Assembly: GCA_963749415.1 (NCBI GenBank)
Contig: CAVVMG010000001.1
Location: 1,575,581 to 1,639,580 of the forward strand
DNA from: an uncultured Acidobacteriota bacterium
Lineage (GTDB): Bacteria; Actinomycetota; Acidimicrobiia; Spongiisociales; ZC4RG35
DNA length: 64,000 nucleotides
Direction of reading: 5' to 3'
How positions within the stretch are numbered: the stretch's first letter is position 1; every line of letters begins with the position of its first letter. Under the pieces are notes generated by a model. The model was not told the origin of the DNA. It worked only from the letters and a program-made list of their open reading frames with translations, and did no database searches. The position numbers and the translations under genes were made by a program. Below are positions 1 to 8,611 of this stretch, one piece after another.

Positions 1-676
1 GCGCTTCGGCGAGTGATGCGTCCACATCGGCGTCGGTGAGGCTGGGCTCGATGGTGACCACCGGGATCGTGAGCTCTTGTGCTTCGGTGGAGAGGAGGGA
101 GGACTCGACGATGGCCAATCCCGCCGGGCGATCCACGCCACTTCCGATTGCCGGATACACCGCCTGGAGCTCTCCCTCGACGAGCTCGATGCCACCCTGG
201 TTGGCGGGGCGAGCGATCACCTCTGTGTCCCAGGTGTCGAAGATCGCGTTGACCGAATCGGCATCGATCGCGCCGCTGACCGGGATATGCACCGTGGAGA
301 AGATGTGGCCCAGCCACCACGTGAACTGGGAGAGCGGGCTTCCCTCCCGTCCCACCAGCATCGCCTCGTCGACGATGGTGTCTTCGTCGACGTCGAGCCC
401 GGCTTCGGGTGGGATCAGGCTGACCACCTTCCCGTCGAGATTGAAGATCGCTGGCCGCGCCAGGTACTCGTCTTCGACCGCGACCATCGCGGTTAATGCC
501 TGTTCCTCGTCGAGACCCCCTAACTGCGTGCCGGACACTTCGACGCGGCCGATCACCTCGCCTCTGGACGTGGCCCTGGTGAGGCCGTAGAGACCAAAGA
601 GGAGAGCGAGGACGGCTCCCAGGCCGAGGGCAGCCGCGAGCCATATGTTGTTGGGAGGGGAGAGGTGTTTGTTCAT
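1..676 (-). CDS. Membrane-anchored peptidoglycan-binding (VanW-like/PG_binding_4) protein, C-terminus runs off the window
   Basis: Manual translation from ATG at 676: MNKHLSPPNNIWLAAALGLGAVLALLFGLYGL (TM helix), then ...VEVSGTQLGGLDEEQA..., resembling VanW-family N-termini. Absent from the ORF track because it has no stop in the window. Confidence 0.6.
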   Translation of the reverse strand, partial: MNKHLSPPNNIWLAAALGLGAVLALLFGLYGLTRATSRGEVIGRVEVSGTQLGGLDEEQALTAMVAVEDEYLARPAIFNLDGKVVSLIPPEAGLDVDEDTIVDEAMLVGREGSPLSQFTWWLGHIFSTVHIPVSGAIDADSVNAIFDTWDTEVIARPANQGGIELVEGELQAVYPAIGSGVDRPAGLAIVESSLLSTEAQELTIPVVTIEPSLTDADVDASLAEA

Positions 677-750
677 TCAGAAGGCCGCCCCAAACGACCT
701 AGTGGATGGCCCGGGGATGGTAACGCCGACGCGATTCCTATTTGCAGTCG

Positions 751-772
751 TGTCCCAGGCGCGCCCTACGCT
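751..772 (+). promoter_or_regulatory. PafBC/RecA-NDp-like promoter TGTCCC-N10-TACGCT
   Basis: TGTCCC at 751-756, TACGCT at 767-772, then 6 nt to an in-frame GTG at 779 (leaderless arrangement). Confidence 0.55.
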
Positions 773-778
773 TTTCCC

Positions 779-1555
779 GTGGTAGTCGCCTTTCCCGATG
801 TGGTCGATGGAGACGCCATCCGAGTCTCCGCGACCACATACGTCACCTACAAGAAGTGCCCGGGGCAGGCCAACGCCAGGCTGCAGGGCGTTTTCGGCCC
901 GGATTCGCGTGCCTCATTCCTGGGAAGCCTCGCCCACCGCATGTTCAGCCGGCATCTCACCGCAGGCCCCATCGCCTCCGAGGAGTTCGTGCAGGCGTGC
1001 CGCGAGGAGATCGGAGGGTCGGCCCTCAACCACAAGCTGGGGCCCCTCGAGCTCAAGCCCTCCATCCTGGCCTCGATGATCGAAGAGGTCCGCGGGCTCT
1101 ACGAGCGCTTCACCCGACTACCAACTGAGGGCTTCGAAGGGTCGGAGGTGTCGATCTCGCGGGAGCCGGTCTCCGGTGTCGAGCTGGTCGGCTCGGTGGA
1201 CGCCGTGTATCGGGAGGACCTCGGAGGCCATCGGCTCGTCGACTGGAAGACCGGGGACCTGGGCGAGCCCGAAGATCAGCTTCTCTTCTACGCCCTGCTC
1301 TGGGCGCTGGAGAAGGACGAGCTACCGGCCTACGTGGAGGCGGTGTCGGTCCGCACCGGGGAGCGCTACCGGACTGTTCCCAGCACCGCAGATGTGAATC
1401 GGGTGGCCACGGAGGTGGGAGGCCTGGTCGATGACCTGCGCCGGGCATGGGCCAGCGGGAACGAGCCTGTGCGCCACGGTGGCCCATGGTGCCGGTATTG
1501 CCCGTTGCTCGAGGATTGTGTCGAGGGAAAGGCCGCCGGGGCGCTGCTCGATTGA
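779..1555 (+). CDS. PD-(D/E)XK nuclease, RecB/AddB/Cas4-like, with four-Cys Fe-S staple
   Basis: KKCPG; GSVDAVY...LVDWKTG; QLLFY; C-terminal CRYCPLLEDC. Start moved from 665 to GTG 779 on the basis of the promoter. Confidence 0.8.
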   Translation: MVVAFPDVVDGDAIRVSATTYVTYKKCPGQANARLQGVFGPDSRASFLGSLAHRMFSRHLTAGPIASEEFVQACREEIGGSALNHKLGPLELKPSILASMIEEVRGLYERFTRLPTEGFEGSEVSISREPVSGVELVGSVDAVYREDLGGHRLVDWKTGDLGEPEDQLLFYALLWALEKDELPAYVEAVSVRTGERYRTVPSTADVNRVATEVGGLVDDLRRAWASGNEPVRHGGPWCRYCPLLEDCVEGKAAGALLD

Positions 1556-1568
1556 GCAGCGCCCCGGC
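1535..1568. terminator. Perfect 15-bp inverted repeat between convergent genes
   Basis: GCCGGGGCGCTGCTC-gatt-GAGCAGCGCCCCGGC, spanning the nuclease stop and lying just downstream of the micro-ORF stop. There is no U-tract. Confidence 0.6.
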
Positions 1569-1580
1569 AGGATCCATCCG

Positions 1581-1634
1581 TCAGCAGCAACAGCTCCCGC
1601 CGCCGCAACATCCGGATATGTCGACGGAAATCAT
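1581..1634 (-). CDS. 17-aa cysteine-rich micropeptide MISVDISGCCGGGSCCC (putative metal/metalloid-binding)
   Basis: ATG at 1634 with AGGAAGGAG SD 6 nt upstream, TGA at 1581-1583, hairpin downstream, divergent from arsR. Confidence 0.65.
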   Translation of the reverse strand: MISVDISGCCGGGSCCC

Positions 1635-1649
1635 CTGAGGCTCCTTCCT

Positions 1650-1701
1650 ATCGATGATCTTCGATGTATCGATCTTGGTCGATGGATAGATATGTGTCAA
1701 T
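1650..1701. promoter_or_regulatory. Three tandem ArsR/SmtB-type operators, ATCGA-N6-TCGAT
   Basis: ATCGAtgatctTCGAT (1650), ATCGAtcttggTCGAT (1668), ATAGAtatgtgTCAAT (1686), with exact 18-bp periodicity. Confidence 0.65.
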
Positions 1702-1710
1702 ATGTGGGCC

Positions 1711-2043
1711 ATGGAATTCTGTTGCACGCCGATCTTCGAGGGCGTCATCGATGAGGACGGTGCTGAGGACACCGCCCGGGCGCTTGCTGCCCTGGGCGAC
1801 CCGGTGCGGCTCAGGATCGTCTCCTTGCTCGCCGCGGCGCCGGAGGGGACGGCCTGCGGCTGTGAGCTCGAGTCACCGCTCGGGTTGAGCCAGCCCACCG
1901 TGTCGCACCATCTTCGGATACTCCGTGAGGCGGGTCTGGTCAGCGGACGCAGGGAGGGCCGGTGGGTTCACTATCAGGTGGTGCCCGGTCGTCTCGAGGA
2001 GTTGCGTGAAGCTCTGACCCCTCCTGTGCTCGCCGGCGTCTAG
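1711..2043 (+). CDS. arsR: ArsR/SmtB family metalloregulator
   Basis: ALGDPVRLRIV, CGCELE, LSQPTVSHHLRILREAGLV, REGRWVHY; N-terminal CC. Confidence 0.9.
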   Translation: MEFCCTPIFEGVIDEDGAEDTARALAALGDPVRLRIVSLLAAAPEGTACGCELESPLGLSQPTVSHHLRILREAGLVSGRREGRWVHYQVVPGRLEELREALTPPVLAGV

Positions 2044-2105
2044 CCGAAGCGAAGCAGCCTCCTGGCTGACCTAGGCTCTGCGCCAGTCGACAGGACAGGA
2101 GTTCC

Positions 2106-2537
2106 ATGCAGAGCCGCGCCACCGCAACCTGGGAAGGTGACCTACCCACCGGTTCCGGGACCACGACATTGGCCACCGGCGTCGCCCCACCTCTGCCCGT
2201 GAGCTGGCCGAGCCGCACCGAGGAAGCCGCGGGAAAGACCAGCCCCGAGGAGTTGATCGCCGCCGCTCACGCCGCCTGCTATTCGATGGCGTTTGCCAAC
2301 GGGCTCTCCGGCCGCGGCTTCGTCCCCGATCGCCTGGAGACCTCTGCGGAAGCCACCTTCGAGAAGATGGAGCCCGGATGGCGCCTGACCACCATGGCTT
2401 TGAGGGTCACCGGGAATGTTCCCGGCATCGGGGAGGACGAGTTCCAGGAGGCGGCCGTCGCCGCCAAGGATGGATGCCCGGTGTCCAACGCGCTGAAGGG
2501 GAACGTGAACATCAGCATCGAGGCGTCGCTGGCCTGA
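2106..2537 (+). CDS. osmC: OsmC family peroxiredoxin
   Basis: ATWEGDL, SPEELIAAAHAACYSMA, AKDGCPVSNAL. Confidence 0.92.
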   Translation: MQSRATATWEGDLPTGSGTTTLATGVAPPLPVSWPSRTEEAAGKTSPEELIAAAHAACYSMAFANGLSGRGFVPDRLETSAEATFEKMEPGWRLTTMALRVTGNVPGIGEDEFQEAAVAAKDGCPVSNALKGNVNISIEASLA

Positions 2538-2541
2538 ACGG

Positions 2542-3078
2542 TCAGCCCTGGGTCATCTCGGCGAGCCGGGTGACCGTGTTCCAGTTGCGCATGGTCCCCC
2601 GGATCCCGAGCGTCTTCTCGAAGTAGCCGAGGCCCAACTTCGAACGCCCCTGCCCGTTGGGAAACTCCACGTAGATCTCCTGTCCGGCGACTTCGAAGCG
2701 ATCCGCCTGGAATCGGTCCGGCTCCAGTTCCGCGACCGCGGCCGCTTTCGGTCGGTCTTCGAGAAACACCACGTGGAGTTGGATCGCATTGGATTTATCG
2801 GTGCCAAGGGGGTGAGCTCGGGAAATCGCCGCCAGTTGCCGCCCGCTCCTGGTGATCACGGTTATGTCCAGGCCGAAGCGCTCGGAGATCACGTCGGCCA
2901 CGACCCGCGCATCATCCCGACCCTTGGGCCCGGCGGCGAACACGACATTCCCGCTCTGGACATAGGTGGCCACGTCCTCGAGGCCGGCCTCGTCGAGCGC
3001 CACCTTGAGCTCAGCCATCGGGATCCGGGCTCTGCCCCCCAAATTCACCCCACGCAGCAGGGCAGCAACCCGACTCAC
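2542..3078 (-). CDS. DUF1697 domain protein
   Basis: ALLRGVNLGG, TYVQSGNVVF, TMRNWNTV. The GTG start overlaps the upstream stop (GTGA). Confidence 0.88.
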   Translation of the reverse strand: MSRVAALLRGVNLGGRARIPMAELKVALDEAGLEDVATYVQSGNVVFAAGPKGRDDARVVADVISERFGLDITVITRSGRQLAAISRAHPLGTDKSNAIQLHVVFLEDRPKAAAVAELEPDRFQADRFEVAGQEIYVEFPNGQGRSKLGLGYFEKTLGIRGTMRNWNTVTRLAEMTQG

Positions 3079-3917
3079 CTCGGAGGCCTGACTCCCCTGA
3101 ATTCCCAATCGCCGCCGAGCGCCGTGGAAACGACCTCTTCGGACTCGGTGGGTTGGGCGCCCAGTTCGTCTGCGATCGGAACTTGCCCCTCGACGATGGT
3201 GTTGGTGAGCGCCCCCAGACCTTCCACCTCCACGGTCACCACATCACCGGGCACGACCGGTCGTGACCCTGCCGGCGTCCCGCTCAGGATCACGTCACCG
3301 GGGAACAATGTGATCGTGCGAGCGAGATCGGCCACCAGATACGCCATGTCCCATTCCATCTCCGAGGTGGTGGCCTCCTGGCGAACCTCCCCGTTTACCA
3401 GAGTCCGTATCGACTTTTCGTGGAAGTTCCAATCGTCGATGAGCCCCGGTCCCAGGGGGCAGAGTGTGTCGGAGCCCTTGACCCGCAGCATCGAGCCGGC
3501 ATCGGTGTCCCTGAAGTCATGGAGGCCGAAGTCGTTGGCGATGGTGTAGCCGGCGACGAAGTCGAGCGCCTGGTCCCGCCCGACCCCCTTGCACTCCCTG
3601 CCGATGACGATCGCGATCTCTCCCTCGAAGTTCAGGAACCGGCATCTCGGGGGGCGCACCACATCGCCGCCGTGGGCGTTCAATGCGCTGGTCGGCTTTT
3701 GAAAGTAGGTGGGAGCGGAAGGGAGTCGGGTCATGAACTCGTCCACCCGGCTCCGGTAGTTGAGGTGCACCGCCAAGACCTTCGTCGGCTCCACCGGTGG
3801 AAGGTGTATGGCGGTCGCCAAATCGAAGCGGCGTCCTTCCTCGCCGATCAGATCGTCTCCGTCGCGCACCACCGTGTGCGGGATCGCTCCCACCAGGATT
3901 CGGCGGACCTCGGCCAT
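3075..3917 (-). CDS. Fumarylacetoacetate hydrolase family protein (HpaG-like isomerase/decarboxylase)
   Basis: HLNY, FEGEIAIVIG, YTIAND, KGSDTLCPLGP, PGDVILSGTP. Confidence 0.88.
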   Translation of the reverse strand: MAEVRRILVGAIPHTVVRDGDDLIGEEGRRFDLATAIHLPPVEPTKVLAVHLNYRSRVDEFMTRLPSAPTYFQKPTSALNAHGGDVVRPPRCRFLNFEGEIAIVIGRECKGVGRDQALDFVAGYTIANDFGLHDFRDTDAGSMLRVKGSDTLCPLGPGLIDDWNFHEKSIRTLVNGEVRQEATTSEMEWDMAYLVADLARTITLFPGDVILSGTPAGSRPVVPGDVVTVEVEGLGALTNTIVEGQVPIADELGAQPTESEEVVSTALGGDWEFRGVRPPR

Positions 3918-3970
3918 GACGCCACGGTACCCATGGGGAGTGCCCGATTAAGTTTGGCCGCATACCAGAG

Positions 3971-5233
3971 ATGCCCGCGAACACCCTGCACCAGGACCTC
4001 GGCGAAGTCGATGCCGACATCTTCTCCCATGACACCTACGTCAGGTGCGTTCCTCACGCCGCCTTCGAGCGGATGAGGCGCGAGGAACCGGTGGCTTGGG
4101 TCGAGGAGGGCGATGGCACCGGTTTCTGGGCGGTGACCAGGCACACCGACGTCGAGATCGTCAGCCGCGACTACGGGCTTTTCACTGCGTCCCGTGGGAT
4201 TCGGGTGGAGCAGATGGCTCCAGATGCCCTCGAGGCGCGGAGGACCATGATGGAGTTCGATCCGCCGGAGCACGCTCGGCTGCGGAGGCTGGTCCAGCCC
4301 GGGTTCACGCCCAGAGTCGTTGCCAGCTACGAGGAGGCGTTCCGGGCGCTGGCCGGATACGTTCTCGACAGGGTGCTGCCTCTGGGCGACTTCGACTTCG
4401 TCACCGAGATCTCCCGCGAGCTGCCGATCCGCCTGCTGTGCCGACTGCTCGGCGTCCCCGAGTCCGACGCCTCGAAGCTCGTGGCCTGGGGGGACCAGAT
4501 GATCTCCAATGCGGACCCGGAATACACCCCTGTGGTGATCGATCGTGACGACACCGAGGAGTACCGGTTGCTTCCATTCCGCTCCCCGGCTGCGATCGAG
4601 GTGTTTCGATATGCCGAGGAGATGGCGGTCGAGCGGCGGGCACACCCCCAGGACGACATCATCACGACGCTGCTCCGTGCCGAGCCCGACGGCGAGCCCC
4701 TGACCGATCTCGAGTTCAAGAACTTCTTCACGCTGATGATGGTGGCCGGCAACGAGACCACCAGGCACACGATCAGCCACGGGCTCATCTATCTCACCCA
4801 CCATCCCGATCAGATGGAGGAGCTGCGTGCGGATCCGGCTGGTCTGTCGGTATCCGCCACGGAGGAGATCCTGAGGGCGTCCTCGGTCACCATGCATTTC
4901 CGGCGCACTGCCACAGAAGACACGGAGTTGGGGGGCGAGCACATCGCGCGAGGCGATCGCGTGGTCATGTGGTATTCGTCGGCGAACTACGACGAGGATG
5001 TGTTCGACGACCCATACCGGTTCGACATCCGGCGCTCCCCGAACGACCACCTGACCTTCGGCGCCGGGCGCCACGTCTGCCTCGGGGCATCACTGGCTCG
5101 GCTCGAGGTCCGGGTCGTGTTCGAGGAGTTGCTGAAGCGTGTCGACAGCATCGAGGTCGTTGGTGACCCGATCCGGCTCCGCTCGAACTTCATCAACGGC
5201 ATCAAGCACCTTCCGGTGAGGGTCGTCGCCTGA
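3971..5233 (+). CDS. Cytochrome P450
   Basis: I-helix AGNETT, K-helix EEILR, heme motif FGAGRHVCLG. Confidence 0.95.
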   Translation: MPANTLHQDLGEVDADIFSHDTYVRCVPHAAFERMRREEPVAWVEEGDGTGFWAVTRHTDVEIVSRDYGLFTASRGIRVEQMAPDALEARRTMMEFDPPEHARLRRLVQPGFTPRVVASYEEAFRALAGYVLDRVLPLGDFDFVTEISRELPIRLLCRLLGVPESDASKLVAWGDQMISNADPEYTPVVIDRDDTEEYRLLPFRSPAAIEVFRYAEEMAVERRAHPQDDIITTLLRAEPDGEPLTDLEFKNFFTLMMVAGNETTRHTISHGLIYLTHHPDQMEELRADPAGLSVSATEEILRASSVTMHFRRTATEDTELGGEHIARGDRVVMWYSSANYDEDVFDDPYRFDIRRSPNDHLTFGAGRHVCLGASLARLEVRVVFEELLKRVDSIEVVGDPIRLRSNFINGIKHLPVRVVA

Positions 5234-5253
5234 CCCGGCCCTTCCACACCACG

Positions 5254-6378
5254 ATGCAGCCTCGGTCTCCCGAGGAGGAGCATCGGGTAGCGACCCCGCT
5301 GGAGCTCCTGTTCGACCTGGTGTTCGTGGTGGCGGTGGCCTCCGCCTCCTCCCAGCTCCACCATGGGGTTGCCGATGGGCACGTGATCGACTCGTTGCGT
5401 GGGTACGCCATGGTGTTCTTCGGGATCTGGTGGGCATGGATGAACTTCACCTGGTTCGCCTCGGCCTACGACACCGACGATGTCGCCTACCGGCTCGCAG
5501 TGTTCGTGCAGATCATCGGGGCCCTGATCTTCGCCGCGGGAATATCCCGGCTGTTTGTCGGCGAGTTGCTCCTCGGGGTGATCGGCTACGTCGTCATGCG
5601 TCTTGCCCTCGTTTTTCAATGGACCAGGGCAGCCAGGTCCGACCCGGTCCACCGCGCGTCGTGTCTTCGCTTTGCCATCGGAATCGGGTTGCTCCAGGTG
5701 GCATGGATCGGCCTCCTTTTCATCCCTGACCAATGGGTCCCCTGGGGATTCCTGGTGCTCGCTGCAGGGGAGCTCGCGGTGCCGGTATGGGCGGAGCGGG
5801 CCGCGGGAACGACCTGGCACCCCGAGCACATTGCCGAGCGCTACGGCCTGTTCACGATCATCGTCCTCGGCGAGTCCATCCTCGCCGGGTCCCTGGCCAT
5901 CGAGGCCGTGGCCAGTGCCGGGCTGTTCACGGTCGATCTGGTCTCAACGATCGTCGGAGGCCTTGTGATCGTCCTCGCCATGTGGTGGATCTACTTCGAG
6001 CGACCCTTCCAGTGGCGGTTGGACACTCAGGTCCGGGCCTTCACCTGGGGCTACGGGCACCTCCCCATCTGGGCAGCCGCCGCCGCGGTCGGGGCCGGCC
6101 TCGCGGTCGTCGTCGATCAGGAGATCGGCGAATCCGTCATAGGCTCGTTCGGCGCCGATGCCGCGGTAGCGACCCCGGTTGCGGTGTACCTGCTCGGGCT
6201 GTGGACCCTTCACTTTCCTCTGAGCAAAGCTCCTGCCGACCGCTACCTGGCTCCGGTGGCGGCGGTGCTGATCCTGGTCACTCCGTTCGCTGCCGAGGCG
6301 ACCGTGCTCACCGCACTGGTGCTGGTTGGGTTGGTCGTCGTCAAGGCGGCACTCAACCGGCGAGTGACTTCTCGATGA
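5254..6378 (+). CDS. ltrA: Low temperature requirement protein A family membrane protein
   Basis: ATPLELLFDLVFVVA, HIAERYGLFTIIVLGE; polytopic. Confidence 0.9.
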   Translation: MQPRSPEEEHRVATPLELLFDLVFVVAVASASSQLHHGVADGHVIDSLRGYAMVFFGIWWAWMNFTWFASAYDTDDVAYRLAVFVQIIGALIFAAGISRLFVGELLLGVIGYVVMRLALVFQWTRAARSDPVHRASCLRFAIGIGLLQVAWIGLLFIPDQWVPWGFLVLAAGELAVPVWAERAAGTTWHPEHIAERYGLFTIIVLGESILAGSLAIEAVASAGLFTVDLVSTIVGGLVIVLAMWWIYFERPFQWRLDTQVRAFTWGYGHLPIWAAAAAVGAGLAVVVDQEIGESVIGSFGADAAVATPVAVYLLGLWTLHFPLSKAPADRYLAPVAAVLILVTPFAAEATVLTALVLVGLVVVKAALNRRVTSR

Positions 6379-7732
6379 TGTCGGTTGCGTGGTCGATGTG
6401 CTCCATCGTGGTCCTCCGGTTGAGGATGGCGTAACGGAGAACGAACCGACCGTCTACCAGCGTCGAGGACACGTGGACGATGCGGTCCCGGTTGATCGCC
6501 TCCATCGCCGCCCGCCCTTGATCGTCATCGTCGAATCCAAAGGCCACGATCGAGAGATCAGGAGCCCACAGGGCCCGCACCCCGCGAATCGCCGAGATGC
6601 GCTCGTGAGCCTTGTGGGCGAGGTCGAGGGCCAGGTCCAGTGCCTCCCGGAATGGGGCGATCCCATGGAGGTGGAGCGGAAGCCAGACCTGGAGGGCTCG
6701 AAACGGCCGGCTCAGCTCCGGTCCCAATGAGGCGATGTCGCGCTGCCCGAAATGGAGGTCGCTGCTGAGCAGGTAGGCACCCCGTCCCCGGTTGGTGTCG
6801 ATCAGGTGCGCCTCGTCCCGCACCAGGAGCGCCCCCACGCCGAATGGGATCGACAGCCCCTTGTGTGGGTCGAGGGCGATGGAGTCGGCGCGCTCGATCC
6901 CGGCAAGGGTGCGGAGGCCCCTCGAAGTGAGCTGGAAGAAGCCCCCGTAGGCGCCGTCGACATGCATCCAGAGCTCATGCTTCGAGACTTCGTCGGCGAT
7001 TGGGCCGAACGGGTCGACGGTCCCTGTGTCGGTCGTGCCCGCCGATGCCACCACCAGGAACGGCTGCAACCCAGCGCCTCGGTCTGACGCCACCATGTCG
7101 GCTAGTGCCTGGGGCTCCATGCGCAGGTCTCGGTCGACCGGGACGACCCGAATCTGGTCATTGCGGAAACCGGCGAGACGGGCGGCTTTGGCCACCGAGT
7201 GGTGGGTGTGCCCGCTCACGTAGAGGACACCCTTCCCCAGCTCGTCACCAAGCTTGGCGGTCCTCGCCGCCACGATGGCAGTGAAGTTCGCCATCGAGCC
7301 GCCTGAGAGCAGTAACCCGGAGGCCGATGGTCCCAGGTCGAACAGCGACGTCATCCAATCGACCGTGGCGTGCTCGATGGCGGTCATCCCGGGTGCGGCG
7401 CTGGCTACCCCGGTGTAGCGGTTGAGGCCTGCGGCCAGAAACTCGGCGAGAGCGGCCGTGTACATCCCGCTGTTGGGGATATACGAGAGGTGCCCCCCCG
7501 AGAGGTGGATGTGCCCCGCCTTCCCGGCCAGCTCCACATCGGCGAGGATCGACTCCAGTGAGCGCCCCTCCTCTGATGGGGGGGTCATCAGGCTGGCGAT
7601 CTCCTCAGCGCTGAGGTCGGTGCCCGAGCCGGGCATGGTCGCGGCCCTCTCCATCCAGTCATCGAGGAAGGCCGCGATCTGGTTGGCGAGCAGGGCGCGT
7701 TCGGCCCGATCGGGCTCGAGGCTTGACGACAT
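6353..7732 (-). CDS. Group II PLP-dependent amino acid decarboxylase (aromatic-L-amino-acid decarboxylase-like)
   Basis: SGGSMANF, AGTTDTGTVD, HVDGAYGG, DSIALDPHKG (PLP Lys). Confidence 0.88.
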   Translation of the reverse strand: MSSSLEPDRAERALLANQIAAFLDDWMERAATMPGSGTDLSAEEIASLMTPPSEEGRSLESILADVELAGKAGHIHLSGGHLSYIPNSGMYTAALAEFLAAGLNRYTGVASAAPGMTAIEHATVDWMTSLFDLGPSASGLLLSGGSMANFTAIVAARTAKLGDELGKGVLYVSGHTHHSVAKAARLAGFRNDQIRVVPVDRDLRMEPQALADMVASDRGAGLQPFLVVASAGTTDTGTVDPFGPIADEVSKHELWMHVDGAYGGFFQLTSRGLRTLAGIERADSIALDPHKGLSIPFGVGALLVRDEAHLIDTNRGRGAYLLSSDLHFGQRDIASLGPELSRPFRALQVWLPLHLHGIAPFREALDLALDLAHKAHERISAIRGVRALWAPDLSIVAFGFDDDDQGRAAMEAINRDRIVHVSSTLVDGRFVLRYAILNRRTTMEHIDHATDIIEKSLAG

Positions 7733-7801
7733 GGAGGGTCAAGGTAGCCATCCGGCGGCGGGTAGTAGGCACCCGCAGGCCTACGATGATCGGCGCCCAC
7801 G

Positions 7802-8611
7802 ATGCCCGGTTTCCTCTTCCCACGCACCCCCGAAGGTAGAGCGTCTCTCTTGCCCTCGCCGCCCTGGCATTACTCCGGGGAGATGCTGACTGTCGAATAC
7901 CGGGCCGATCCGAAGAGGGTGGCCGGGCTCCTGCCCGAGGGCATGGCGCTCGCCGACGATGACCCGGGGGCGGTGGCGGTGATCTGGGCGGACTGGCAGA
8001 GCTGCAGTGACGGTTTCGAGGAGATCCTCGACCCGGTCCGGGCTCAGTACAAGGAGTGCTTCGTGGTGGTTCGCTGCCAGTGGGAGGGCACTACCTGGAG
8101 TCGATGTCCCTACATCTGGGTGGACAAGGACTTCGCCATGGTCCGCGGATACCACCAGGGATATCCCAAGAAGCTGGGAGAGATCTGGATGACGCGGCCG
8201 GTGGTAGTCGGTCGCGCCGGGCCCCGACTCGAGCCCGGTGGGCGCTTCGGAGCCACGCTGTCGGCCTCGGGTAGGCGGATCGCCGAGGCGGTGGTCACGC
8301 TCGAGGCCCAGGCTGACCGCCCGGGCTTCGTCAACGGACATCAGATGCTGCACAACCGCTGGTGGCCGACGATCGAGTCCGATGGCGTCGACTCCCTGGA
8401 CGAGCTGGTGACGATGAGAGGTGAAGACGGGGAGACAACGGATGTCTGGGGCGGGTCGGCAACGCTCGAACTGTTCGATTCGCCCACCGAGGAGTTGGCC
8501 GGCCTGGAGCCGATCGAGATGATCGGTGGCTACTACCACCGGGTCGGCGTCACCTGGAGACAGGGGACCACCCTCCGGCGTACCGTTCCCGTGGAGGTGG
8601 AAAGCGGATGA
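7802..8611 (+). CDS. Acetoacetate decarboxylase-like superfamily protein (MppR/Sbi00515-like)
   Basis: PSPPWHYSG, QYKE, CPYIWVD, Schiff-base motif GYPKKLG. Confidence 0.85.
   Translation: MPGFLFPRTPEGRASLLPSPPWHYSGEMLTVEYRADPKRVAGLLPEGMALADDDPGAVAVIWADWQSCSDGFEEILDPVRAQYKECFVVVRCQWEGTTWSRCPYIWVDKDFAMVRGYHQGYPKKLGEIWMTRPVVVGRAGPRLEPGGRFGATLSASGRRIAEAVVTLEAQADRPGFVNGHQMLHNRWWPTIESDGVDSLDELVTMRGEDGETTDVWGGSATLELFDSPTEELAGLEPIEMIGGYYHRVGVTWRQGTTLRRTVPVEVESG

Noticed and set aside
1110-1583. Selenocysteine read-through of the micropeptide TGA (CCC-stop followed by a hairpin)
   Set aside because: The hairpin is a perfect stem with an AAUC loop, unlike a bacterial SECIS, and read-through would give a low-complexity antisense shadow of the nuclease gene.
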